A program made the translations under genes and the position numbers. This document shows positions 47,901 to 62,200 of a stretch of 64,000 nt of DNA, in pieces. The notes under the pieces are model-generated. The model saw only the letters and a program-made list of their open reading frames with translations. It was not told the origin of the DNA and ran no database searches. Source of the DNA: Octopus bimaculoides (Eukaryota). Each line of letters opens with the position of its first letter. Position 1 is the first letter of the stretch. Where the stretch lies: assembly GCF_001194135.2 (NCBI RefSeq), contig NC_068990.1, positions 25,019,959 through 25,083,958 on the forward strand, given 5' to 3'.

Positions 47901-50900
47901 CATCCAGCTGTAGAAACTCTGCCAAATCAGATTGGAGTATGGTGTAGCCATCTGGTTTGACCAGTCCTCAGTCAAATCGTCCAACCCATGCTAGCATGGA
48001 AAGCGGACGTTAAACGACGACGACGATATCTGCCTTTGTTTCAATTAATTTTGAAAATGAAAACGATTCTGATAGAATAAACTGTCATTATGAAGCTGGT
48101 GTTTGACAATATTAACATGAAATTAAAATTTAGATCACTTGAAAGCAAGAAGTTTCTATCACAGAACCTAGTCAATGATGATGGTAACATTAATCTTATA
48201 GATAACATGCAATTAAGATCAAACTCTAAAATTACAGTTTTAAATACTGTAAAACCAAGATTGGTATTCTATTAAATCTACCATTTCTTCCCTCACCTAA
48301 ACTGAACAAATCTTTTATTACACAAATCATTTTAGTAGCAATCTCTTGACAAAGTCTGCAATATTTCACCTACCTGTCTGGCTTCTTTATAACCTCGTTC
48401 TAAATGCCGCGTGCGTTCAGCACTTCGAGACACAATCTTCTCCCACCGATGCTGTACACTTGACAAGAGATTCTTGATAAGGATGACATCCTGTTTTTGA
48501 CTAAAATACTTCAAATGGGTTCCTCGTTTATCCAGAAGTATCATAGCTTCTCTATTTTGAGCAATATCCTTTTGTAAGCTCTGCAATAAAGAGAGAAAAG
48601 AAAAAAAAATTATTTATCTGTTCTTTATAGTGAAAATTAAATATATTCCTACATTCTTCAACATAGTTTCTATGACCTCTTTGTCTTCTTTGAGCCTTTC
48701 AGCTCTCTACAGGGCATAAACCATCAACAGATGCCTTTTCATATGCTAGCATAATATGGTATCCATTGCAATAATCAATACTGTTGTTGTTTAGCTACAA
48801 GCCAACTTCCATCAAACAGTTCTATGACAAAAGGCATTCCAGCCTTTCCCACCTTGTCATTTTAGATGCATCTAGGATTACATTATACAACTTGCCCTGT
48901 TATTTTTCGAGACTAATGTGTAATTGTGAAGGTGCATGGCCTAATGGTTAGGGTGCTGCACTCAATCACAAGATCATAGTTTCATTTCCCAGCCTAGGCA
49001 ATGCATTGTGTTCTTGAGCAAAACAATTTCATGTTCAGGAAAATGTTGTGATATTGGTTATTTATGTTGCCATGAAAACCATCTCTCTGGGTCCTATATA
49101 TATGTGTGTGTGTGTGTATATCATCTGAGGTACATATAGCTGTTATATTTAGCTGGGGGTGAATTAAATTAATTTAGAACTGACTTCACTTATATTTCAA
49201 TGTAATAAAAAACAAAAACACAGCAACATTAATTGCTGTCTTACTTTATGGTCTTCAATTTGTGCGGTAATCTTCTCCAAAATTCTGCTAACGGGTTGAA
49301 GATTGTTAAGTTCTTTCTCAGTATCAGTCAACCAACCAATAAATTTGTGTAAATCATCATGGAATGTACTGGCATGACCAACCGCTTCCTCCAGTTTATT
49401 CTGAAAATCACAGAAAACCAAAGATATTATTAGAATATAATCAAGGTTTCAAAATATTTTATACCAAATGCAAATAATTGTTTATTATATTTGACCTTGT
49501 TTCATCACCCTCTCTCATATTCTTCTTTCAGTTAAGGATATTCTTTAGCCTTGCCACTTATAAAGTGACCTCCTTAGTGCTGATGCCATAAAAAAATTAT
49601 ATAAAATAAACACCTAGTATGCTCAGTAAAATGGTTGGCATCAGAAAAGGTATCCAACCATAGAAACCATACCAAAACTGAGACACTGGAGCATGGGTCT
49701 TCTGATTTGTTGGATCCTTTCAAATTGTCCAGATTATGTCAGGACAGAAGGCAGACATAAAATGGTGGTGAGTATGATTTAACTCTTTCAAGGCTGTACT
49801 GGTAATAAAATACACAGCCAATGTTTCCTCTGATACTCTCTCCATTACCATCATCTCACCATAACAAGTCTTTCTTTCATCATCATACTTTAATGTCTAT
49901 CCTTTCAGTCACAGGGGTTGGCTCTCTTTTGTCTTGCAAGTTATTTAGAAGCCCACTGATGCTGGTGCTATGAGAAAAAAATTCATCCACCACCTTTTGT
50001 AAGTGGTTTGTAAACTGAATTGTGTAGTGACAACACCAGGTTTGAGAAAGCTTTTTAGTTTTGCTGAGGGCAAAACAACCTCTATAGTACTGGTGTTGCC
50101 ACAAAAAAAAAAAAAAAAAATCCTATGTTCTGTAAAGTGGTTGGCATCAGGAAGTATATCCAGCCATGGAAATTATGCCAAAATAGATATTGGAGCATGA
50201 TACAGACCTCAGACTCATCAGATCTGGTTAAACAGTCCATCCTATCTCAGCATGGAATGTGGGCATAATATGATGATAATGAGGAATACAATTTAATCTT
50301 TCATGGCTATTTTGCTAATAAAATACACAGCCAATATTTCCTTTATCATCATTGATTTAACATCTACTTTTCCATGCTTCCATGGTTCAGATAAAATTGA
50401 GGAAGATTTTCTACAGCTGGACGGATGATGCCTTTCCTGTTACCAACTCTCACCTATTTCCAAGCAAAGTAATACTTATCCATGACTGAACATGCGTTCA
50501 CAGAAGACTGGTAACAAAAAAACACTGCTTGTATGATGGCTACACTCATTTACAACTATCACACAATGTTGAGACAAGGAGACACAAACACACACAACAG
50601 GCTTCTTTTAGTTTCCATCTCACAATGCTTTGGTTGGCCCAGGGTGCCAAGAAGTGAGACTGAACCTAAAACCATGTGGTTGGGAAGCAAACTTAAGCAC
50701 ACAACAATGCTTGTACTTATTTCTTCAACAGTGAGAAAAGAAATCATTATCATCAGCAGCAGCAGCAGCAGCAGTCAAAAGAGCAAAAGTTAGAAGTTTT
50801 AGGAAGCAAAAAGGTTCTCCTTACTTTGCGGTCGACGGCTCTTGCATTGATGTGATCATTTTGTTGCTGGACAGCTTGTAAGTTAGAGCGAATCTTTGAT

Positions 50901-51142
50901 GCTGATGAATCATCAGTCTTTTCTAGAATTCGTTCTCCATCAACTTTCACTTTAGTCACAATGTCATCAAGTAGTTTAAGTTCTGCATAAATGTTCTGTA
51001 AATGTAGAATAGAAAATAACAGAGACATGTAAATGACTTCTGAGAAAGTTACTTAACACAGGAAGCACATATTTAGATATAATAAAACAGAAATAGAGAA
51101 TAGAAAATAGAGAGAGAGAGAAAGAGAGAGAAAAACAGAGCA

Positions 51143-51179
<37 letters not shown>

Positions 51180-54100
51180 AAAACAGAGCATGTGAGAGAG
51201 AAAAACAGAGAGGGGAGAAAGAGACAAACAGAGAGGGGAGAAAGAGACAAAAACAGAGGGGGGAAAGAGAGAGAAAGAGAAAAACAGAGGGGGGAAAAAG
51301 AGAGAAAGAGAAAAACAGAGGGGGGAAAAAGAGAGAAAGAGGAAAACAGAGCATGTGAGAGAGAGAGACAAAAACAGAGGGTGGGGAGAGAAAGAAAAAT
51401 AGTGTGTGAGAAAGAGACAAAACAGAGGGGGAGAGAGAGAGAAAGAGAAAACAGCATGCGAGAGAGACAACAACAGGGGGGGGGAGAGAAAGAGAAGATA
51501 GTGAGAGAGAAAACAGAGGGGGGAGAGAGAGACAAACAAACAGAGAGATGAAAACTGTGTGTGTGTGAGAGAGAGAGATAGAGAAAGAGTAAGAGAGAGA
51601 ATAAGATCAAGAAAAGAGAAGAGAGTGTGTAAGAGAGTGTGTAAGAGAGAGAGATGACAATAAATATTTAATGTGATGTTTAAGCAACAGACTGTCAACT
51701 GAAGAGAAATGTAAAATACCATAAATTTGTCGAGTTGATCCTTTGCCGTGTCAGGTAAACCACCAACTGGATGAGACTGTATCAATAGGTTCTCTATTTC
51801 ACCAAGGCGCACCTGTAAATCTTGCAGTTCTCCAGTAAAAACCTGGGCCTGGAATGAAATTCATTTGAAATTCACATCAAATCTCAGAAACAACACAAAA
51901 GACAAAATGTGTTAAAAATAAAAAAAACATAGATGTGATCAGAAGAGGAAGATATAATGAGGCATGGACATATATTGTTGTCCTACTCTATTAACTGTAC
52001 CAACTCAAGATTTCCTAGAAATTAATCAAAGGATTATGAATGATATGACAGGATATTATTACAAAGTAGGGAGATGTTCATAGTTGACACTGTACCATAA
52101 AATGGGGCCATGAAATTTCCAAACGGCTTGTTTGATTTTTAGAATGTAAAAGAGCACAAGCCTTGTCTAATGCATTATAAATATTGTTGAATCCTGTGTT
52201 GTACATATATTTCTGTTTGATGATAGATAAACAGTTCAGATCTTCATAATGTAGCTAATCTGATAGATAAACAGACCAGAGATATTTAATATTTATCATA
52301 CTTCCAAAAACACTCTCTTTCACAACAACACAAGACATGTTGCCTTCTTCAAGTCATGAGCCATTTTTCAATATAAATAACTATTTGGTCACACTACACA
52401 TTTATAATCTAGAATTTATAAGTTGTGTCAGCATCCATCTTGGAGTAAAGCGACTGTGGTAAATAAATAACTTTTGATGCTTTTCAAAGGCTACATTTGT
52501 CCTTTACAAAGAAAGCCAGAGAAATATTGGTTAAGAATATGGCAGGTAGAATATTATTGTGATGGAGTATTAGGTCTGATAGTTTGAGATGGATGAACAA
52601 AGACCTGTCTGTGGAAATAACGGGTAGAAGAGATGAAAGAACAGGAATAATATAAGGACTGATCTTTCCTGATCCTAGGTGCAGCAAAAACTGAAGGAAA
52701 AACAAGCCCACCCCATATTTTACAAACATTTTAACAGGAAACATATGGTGTGCATCAGTATGTAAAGTAGAAAGTCTAAGTAAAAAGAAAAAAAATGGTA
52801 AAACATTAGCTTCATGAAGACACCATTACCACCTGCCTGACTTCACTAGCACCACAACAATGGCCATGTAAAATATGAGAGGTTCTTCTGCTGCACTCTT
52901 TTTTTCTCGGGAATTTTGTGTATATTTTAGAGCTAAGTGAACTGCAGCACAATGTAGTGCCGACAACATATCTGAACAGCTAATCTGCAGTTATGTAGTC
53001 TGATGTGTTAATTCCAGACAGTTTTTTTTCCACAGTATTTGTTTTAGGAGCAAATATATACATGAAATGTTTCAGCTCCAAAATCTGACCAGGTCCCAAA
53101 CAGATGGTCATGTACAAATGATGATGCATTATGAATTGGTGGCTTATTGGCCAGAAACTAAAACAAGACCATAATAACAAGGAAATAAACTAATTCCAAA
53201 ATAATGCAATTTACCTCTTTCAAAGATCCTTCAATTTCATGGCGTTTATTTAAGCTTTTATCTAACAATTCTTCCCAATTGGAATTCAAACTGTCCAGTC
53301 GACCTTTGATAGAAGAAACTTCCAGATCATTTTCAGCAGCTACCATCTTTTTCCCAACTTCATTGAGAGAATCTACACTGGGGAGATGGGCTTGGATATC
53401 ATTTTGAAGAACCTACAAGATGAAGAAAATCATATATATATATATATATATATGAAAAAAAAAAAAAATGTAAATCGTTTCAAAATCCCAAACTAATTCA
53501 ATACATTAACAAGAAATTAAATCAATCAATTAATATATTATTTATTTTTAACTTGTTTCAATCACTGAACTGCTACTACGCTGGGGTCCTGCTTTGAAAG
53601 GTTAGTTGAACAAAACAAGCTGAGTACTTATCTTTAAAGTATGATACTTATTCTATCATTCTCTTTTGTCAAACTTCTAGGTTATGAGGACATAAATAAA
53701 CCAATGCCAGTTGTCAAGTGGTGGACGGACACACACATGCCGAAACTTTGGATGTTTTAGTCTGCTCTGTAAGATGGTTGGTGTTAGGAAGGGCATCTAG
53801 TTGTAAAAACCCTGCCAAAACAGACAGTGAAGCCTGATGCAGTCTTCTGTCTTGTGAGCCCCTGTCAAACCATCCAACCAATGCCAGCATAGAAAATGGA
53901 TGTTATATGATGAGGATAATGCTGAACATATACAATAAGCTTCCACATAGTTTTCATTTACCAAATTCACTCAAGACATCAGTTGTCCCGAGGACATTGA
54001 GACCAGATCGTAAACTTGTTGAATGGTGGTTCTTAACAGGATATTTACAGCAGTTTTAGATATAGACATGACCAAGGGAAATGGGAAGTTATGATCATCA

Positions 54101-55618
54101 TGCCTTTCTGAAGGGCTTTAATCACAATTCACAGGTTTAGTTTACTGATAACTTTAACTCTTGTACCAATATAATAATAGGAAAAAATAAATGAGGAGAA
54201 GAAAATAAAAGAATACAAACATTTAATTTGGATAGTTCCATCTCAATGGTTCTTGGGTCACCAAACAATTGTTGAATGCTGTCAACTGCTTTGCCAGTTT
54301 TAAAAAGCCATGTTAGGATTTCATTGAGTGCATGGTCAAACTGTCCCACATTCAAGAGAGCTGCTTGTAGTTGGCGCTGAAAACAGATGGAAATGGTGTT
54401 TAGATTATCTACTGAACTGAACAGAGAGGTGAGTGGGTAGAGTGGTAGTAGTAGTGGGAGGAGAAGGGCGAGAGGAGAGCAAGAAAAGAGAGTGGGAGGG
54501 GGAATGAGAGGTGAGCGGGGAGCAAGAGGAGAGGTAGAGAAGAGAAGATAGATGTAGGTTTGGAAGAACATGAGCAATATTAAAACAGTCCTACCTCTCG
54601 ATCAGCAATATTTCCAATAAGCATATCCCAACGTAGATTCATATTGGCAATTGGTTCTTTAATATAGATACATTGGTCATTGGTGCTGTCTTTTGATAAC
54701 TCAGTAGCTTGTTGGTTCAGATTCTCAACCTCTTCTTGTTTTGCATCAACATTGGATTTAAATTCCTGAAATTTCACAAACAGAAAATGAAAACAAGATA
54801 AAGGAAATAAGGAATAAAATTTTTTTTTCTACTATAAATATTCTTAACCCTTTCATGGTTTTTTTTTACCCTTTGAAATACCTAGATAGAATTTCAACTA
54901 CTTTAGAAGACAATCAAACAATTAGAAGGATTTAGTAAAATAACTATAATTAATCCGTTCATTACCATATTTCTGTTGAAATATATTGCTCCTGTTTAAA
55001 TTAATTTTGAAAATAATGAAGAATTGAGTAAAATGTTATTCTGGTGTTTAGAACATTAAATGAAATTTTGATGGAAGGTTATAATTTAGATCACTTTAAA
55101 ACAGGAAATTTGTATCCTAGAACCATCTTCCATCAAAATGTTATGTTAATTTATGTTCCAAACACCAGCATTTTACTAAATTCATTATTTTCAAAATTTA
55201 GTGAAACAAAGACAGTGTATTTCAACAGAAATTTGATTAACAAAAGGGTTGACAAAGAATTTACCATGTGTGAAGGAGTAATGTGTGCGTGTTTAGAACA
55301 GTGAAAAGATTGTTAAACATATGGAAGGAAGGGTGTGTGACACCATGACCAAACTCTGAAGAATGTTTGAGTAAACAGAATAATACATGCTGCACTGAAA
55401 CAGTCTGAGAGGAACTTCTAGCAATCTAAGAGATGAGAGACATGAAAGGTTTAAAAATAAATAAAAACAAATAAAAATAATGGAAAATCAAATAAATTAC
55501 CTTTAATTCTTTAGTTTGTGATTTAATGTCTTCAAACTCATTACCAATTGGTTTTAGACACTGGAATTTCTCCTCTGTGGTGTTCAACCAAGTTAAGAAC
55601 GTCTGGAAAGAAAACCAC

Positions 55619-55653
<35 letters not shown>

Positions 55654-58600
55654 GTATTGAAGGAGGAATGGACATTAGTATGATATGCATATGTTAGAGT
55701 ACTGTAAGTGTAGTGAAAGTGTATGATAGGAATACAAAGAGGGTGGGTCATAGATAGAGGGTAGGTCATACAAAGGGATATAAAAGCATGTTTGAAATGC
55801 ACAGTTACAAAACTGGAAAGGGATGTTTGCAATAAGTGTGAAAGTGTAGAAATGAGATATTGGAGAGCTTGAGGTGGCCAATCAAAATCCATGTTGACTT
55901 CTTTTCAGTGCAATAAACTAAACAGCAGAACTAATGAATAGCATTTACTTGGGAGATTTATGTCCAAAGTTTTGTGAAGATGAACCAAATTTACAATAAA
56001 AAGCAGAAAAGTATATATTTCACAAGTAGTTCATAATATAAAAATGCTCAACAGTTGTTTAATTAGCAATAAACATTATTAATTCCATAATTATGATATA
56101 TAATTTAAATTAATTTAAAGTGAGGTTTATCTCAAAATTTTAAGCTTTTAATTACTCTGGATATATTTTTTTGTTGTTCATGCATCACTCTTCTCCACAT
56201 AAATCTATAAAGTAACAAAGAGATCTTACCAAAAGTTCATCATGGAAGTGGACAACTTTATGAAGAGTTGTCTCCAGAGTTCTTGACCGTTTCATGTATT
56301 CGTTATTGATTGTTGCAAGGCTTGTGTCTAGGTCATCGATATTTTTCTTCACCTCTGGTTTATCCGGTTCTCCACACAAATTAACCAACTGTTCTCCAGT
56401 TTGGTGTACATCTTCCAAGTCAACCTGCGAAGCTTGGATATCTTCTTTCAAAGTCTGTTGAAACATGAAATTGGTAAAGGTAAGGTTTCAAATACAATTC
56501 ACCTATTTACCTATAAATACCTATTCACTTTATATAATTCTTTTTTTTTTACTTTCCTTAGTCTTCATTTCTTTCTTACAAATTCCTCTGCACACAAGCA
56601 TTCACATTTGGTGGAGAGAGAGAGAGAAAGAGAGAGACAGAGACAGAGAGAGAGAGACAGACAGAGAGAGAGAGAGAGGGGGGGAGGACTGTTGTTCATT
56701 AGCATTATATTTTTATGTCTACTTTTTCATTCTTGCATGGGTTGGACAATATTTATTGAGGGATATGTTTTACATTCAGATACTCTTCCAGATACCAATG
56801 CTTGTTTGTTTCCAAGCAAGTTAATATCTCCCCATGCCCGGACATGTTTTTGCCAAAGATTGGAAATGAATGACACTGCTTGTATGACAGAGAAACTTAT
56901 TTACAACTATCAAGCAATGTCAAGAGAAAGAGACAGAAAGATACACACACATCTATCTATATCTATCTATCTAATATATGCTACACACACACACATGCAT
57001 TTGATGACTATAATTGTATTCTCACACAATGAAAATGGATAATTATTCATGAGTATCAAAAATAACCTAAAATCAACACCCTCTTTCTCCAATATAAAAC
57101 CTAACACCTCTCTCTCTCTTTATATAAAACACTGGCTTTTCATATCATTGTAATATAACTAACCAGTCATTATCATTATTCCAATAACTGACTACTCTCT
57201 TCATTTCAATACCATAAATGACAAAAGACCCTGATCATCCACTTCCAATATAACCAACCAATATCTCCCCTCCACAATCACCATTCTGATATCTGATTAG
57301 TATCACCTCTGCTGATATCATAACCAATATCTCTCTTCCAATATAACCAACTCTCAGTTCGGACATCAAATGTGATATTTCCTTCCAATATCAAAGCCAA
57401 GCGTTAGCTTCCTTCTGATATTACAACCAATATTAGAACCCTTCCCAATTTCAAAACAAATAGAAAAGATTAAAAAAAAACTTTTTTTTTTACCTCCAGC
57501 TCTTCTTGTTGTTCTCTAATAATGGATGGTTCCAAACCAGGCAATTCTTGGTTTGATAAGCTGTCTTGTAAATCTTTTAATGTACTCATAAGACTGTTTA
57601 GATCTTCCCAAAACTTCTCAGATACATCCAGGGTCTCTTCAAGAGCCTTACTTCTCTCTTCAGTGGTGCATTTAATGCTGTCGTACAGTCTGATTAACTC
57701 GTCTAGTTTCTGTTTGACATCTGCAGAGGAATAAACACACAAATTATAATAACTCTGAGTATCACAGCCACCCCTACATCGCACACACAAAAACAAAAAA
57801 TACAAGTTGCATGAGGAGTAACAGACTGACACACCAGATTGAATCACTGCACCCTTCTAAATCTTTTCACTACCAAGGATCCCCTTTATTTAAATGAGTT
57901 TTCCCACGGACCCCAGGATCTTGAAAGGTCTGTCAGCTTAACATGTTCATAAAACCCTAGTACTACCTCTGTGGACTACCAGGGACCTGCAGACCACAGA
58001 TTGGGAACCACTGGACTAACCCATTCATCCAAATTTCAGCCCTTGTGCTTATATTAGAAAGGATTATTATTATTATTATTTGGGTTGATCATATGATACT
58101 TGATAGAATGAGCAGTGTTCACAGCTAGGCTGAAGTACATAGGTTGATTCTTAGTAATCAGTTTGTTTCATCAAAAGAGGATGGGCAGTGCCCATAACAT
58201 ATTTGAATGGTGGGTGAAAGGAAGGACTAAGACACAAATTATGGGTCATTCTCAGATCAAGACCCAATTCAAATGCTTGCAAAACAGTGAATAGTTTTAA
58301 ATATTCACAAAGTAGTAGTAGTAGTAGAGTGGTGGTTGTGGTATTGGTAGTAATGTTAACCTAGACTACGGGTAAATTCTTCCACCCAGGAACAAATAGA
58401 CTCCATTTAATTAGCTTCTGCACAATTTCCTTTCTCCCCAATTTCATTCACAATGTTTTGGTTGATGTGGTGCTTAGTAAATATTTGCTCAGTGAGCTAT
58501 GAAGTGAGACAAAATCCCTGGAATTATATGAGTGAATATATTTGTCATAAACTTATTTGAGTTTCAGACAATGAGGGTGTCTCAACAAATTACATCTGTT

Positions 58601-59247
58601 GTGAAAGATAACTAATTTGTTACTCTAAATAGTTCATTAGTTACTTTCCAATAATTACAAAAATTATTGATCAATTTCTATGACTGTGCTCTATTTATTG
58701 TACTTCAGACAAAACTCTAACACTGGAATATCAATTGCATCCAGAAATTCCATTAGTTTATTTTTTACCATAATACACCCTTTAATGAAGCAGACAAAAC
58801 CTTGGGGTTGATTAAATAAGTACCAGTTACATACTGAGGTTGATGTAATCGACTAGTCCCCTCCCCCAAAATTTCAGGCCTTGTGCTTATAGTAGAAAGG
58901 ATCATCATCATCATCATCAGCATCACCATCACCATCACCACCATCATCATCATCATTATTATTACTTCATTCAAGAAAGACTGTGTACCCATAATCAATA
59001 AAACCAAGAATAACTGAAAACCCAGAATCAATAAAATAAATACCATCAATTATTGAAAGATGATACAATCACTTATACTCCACCCTCCAAGACTGGATTT
59101 GTGCTTATATTAAAAGTTAATATTCTTGCTTACCATTGACAGCTTCATCCTCAGCATCACCTGCTTGACTGATTAATTCTTGTGCAGTAAACTTCACTGA
59201 ATTCAGTGCAGTCAACCGCAACTCCATGTCTTCAATCAAGTGCTGCA

Positions 59248-59283
<36 letters not shown>

Positions 59284-62200
59284 TAAGCACAATAGTGTCA
59301 AATATTTTAGTGGTAGATAAATTATGGTCTAAACTACAATACCCAACTCTAGGTTTATCACCATTTAGTGCTGCTCTGGTGTTTTTATCAGAGATTGGGG
59401 GTTAAAAATTGTTCAAATTAATAGCAATGAGAGATCCTTAAACTGTAATTTGATCATTGTATTAATTTTGCTTATTATGAGGCAATGTGAGTCACAGAAA
59501 ATACCAGTTGTGTTTTTAAATGGATAATTAACATCATTACAAGAATGACCATGAAATTTAATTAATACAGTTAAAGGATTTTTAAAAAAAAGCACACTTT
59601 AAAGAATCAATTGAACTACTATCTTCCTTAGAATTGCTTCACAATATTTACATAGTGCCACACATATAGAATTTATACAGGGTACGGTAGAAATACCTCC
59701 CATATTTTACATGGCCATTGTCATGGTGCTAGTGAAGTCAGATGTTAATAGTGTCTACATGTAACTAAAGTTTTGCCTTTTATTTTCAGTACCTGCCATG
59801 ATTTGAACCATACTTGGTGTTGAAACATTTGTCAACCTCTAAAATGTGGGAATATTCTTTGCTTTTTTTGCTGCACCCTCTATTATTACATATTTGTCTG
59901 GATACTGAAAAATTAATCCTAAATATGAACGAAATAAAAGAAGGGAAAAGAAAATATCTGAGAATAACTTACCATATTTTCTGATATCTGCTCCTTCAAT
60001 TTATCAGGATGGGCAGAGATGGGCTCAGCATGCTGCACCTGTTGAGCAGTGGTTGCTAAACAATCCAACATGTCTTCTAGCTTGTCAGTAAACTGGAATC
60101 AAGAAAAATTAGCCAATAGAAACTGAGTTTGGGGAAAGTAAGAATAAAATAAATAAAAATACTTTGAAATAATAATAATAATAACTGATATAATGTTGGT
60201 TGGTTGGTTGATTTCTCCAGTCACACTCTCCATCATATAGAAAGATGTGGGGGAGAGAGAGTAAAATAGAGAAAGAGAGTTAAGATAACATAAGTTAATA
60301 AGCAGGCTTTATCTTGTGAAAGGCACTGCATTGCTTCCTTGAGCAAGTCTTTCATACATGCCAAACAGTGCAGCTGATTTCTCTACAAATTCCTATATTG
60401 TCAAAGCTCATTTTGATAACTTGTCATTTGTCTCAATGCAGGGCCATAGAGCAACACACACATACACACTCTTTTACATAGATACATTAGAGCCGTATTG
60501 ATGCATGCCATTCATTAAACTAGACACAAGACCCATTTCTGTCAGAGTTTTGTCCCCATAGAAGAAGAATAAAGCTTTGATACTGGAATACATGGTATTA
60601 GCCCAGTCAGGGGCAAAACTGAGAAAACTGTCAACTCTTGATGTAACAAATATATCTTTCCAACATATTGACTTTTATATAAGATAATGTCTGCGCTATG
60701 GAAAATATATTTATGATATGCTTTACAATTCTTACATTACTATATATACATATATACATGGATGCACACATTTGTACACATACACACACATTATATCTTT
60801 TATCTTTTATTTGTTTCAGTCTTTGGACTGTGGCCATGCTGGGACACTGTCTTGATGAATTTTCAGTTGAATAAAATGATCCTAATACCCATTTTGTGAA
60901 GCTTAGTGCTTATTTTATTGGTCACTTTTTGCTGAACTGCTAAGTTGTGGTGACATAAACACACCAACATTGGTTGTCAAATAATGATGGGGAACAGACA
61001 GACACACACACACACACAATGGGCTTCTTTCATTTTCCACCTACCAAATCCAATTACAAAGCTTTGGTTGACCCAAGGCTGTAGTAGAAGACATTTACTC
61101 AAAATGCCACACAATGGGGCTGAACCCAGAATCATGTGGTTGGGAAGCAAGCTTCTTCCCACACAGCCATGCCAGCACCTAACTTTTTCACACACACACA
61201 TGTAGGAATCTATGTATAAACATCTCGAAAAAGAAAAAAAAAACTTTAAAGACGTCAGTATATAGAAAACTGGTAACTTACTTCAGCCGATTGTTGAAGG
61301 GCTTCTTCAATTGAATTGGAGCGTTCGCGAACAAGGTTACGAATGTGTTCAACATGTTTATTAGATTCATCCAACATTTCTTGCATTCTTTCAGCATCTT
61401 CATCACCACAGAGGCTGCTCAATGCAGAGCCAGTTTTGTTCAATTTCTCAATCAATGGTTTGTGATCAATCACATCTTGACGAATCAACTAGAAAATATC
61501 AAATGGATTGACATGTAGAGAAAGAAGACATGTGATGTAGCAATGGGAGAAGGAAAGACACAAACTAGTGAACATGGTGGGAAATAGGTAAATGATGGTA
61601 AATATGTAGAGCAAAAGCTAACATGTAGAAAGAGAGAGAAAGATTGGTGGACTTGGAGAAAAAAGACGATGGTAAATGTGTAGAGAGAAAGAAACAGACT
61701 GGCAATTATGGAGGAAAGAAGCTCTATGATGGTAAACATGTAGCCAAAAAAAAAAAAAACATTGAATATGGAGAGAGAAACAGCCCATAGAAAAACATGT
61801 AGAGACAGACACAAGAGGGTGAACATGGAGAGGCAGGCACATGGGCATGTAGAGAAAATAAATAAAAAAGGCAGTCAAATGAGAGAGAGAAACGAAAATT
61901 TATCTCATTCTTTTGTTTCACCTCACTTATAACTGACATTGTTTTAAATTTTGGAAACATAAAAAAACATTTACTATATATATGTACAATGAGCTTTCTT
62001 CAGTGTCAATCAAACTCGGTCATAAGATATTGATAGGTCAAAACTGAAACTAAATGGTCTGGAAGCAAACTTCCTAACTATATATCCATGCCTGCATGTT
62101 ATATCATCATTATTTAATATATGTTTTCCATGAGCAAGTGAGCTGCAAGGCTGCATTGAGCCTCAATGTCTACTTTGGCACAGTTTTTATGGCTGGATTT

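Noticed and set aside
47253-47984. Several 140-240-aa ORFs
   Set aside because: Produced by the 63-bp (21-codon) tandem array and an N gap
50976-51812. 278-aa minus-strand ORF
   Set aside because: Only 51720-51812 is real exon; the rest is read-through into the (CT)-rich tract
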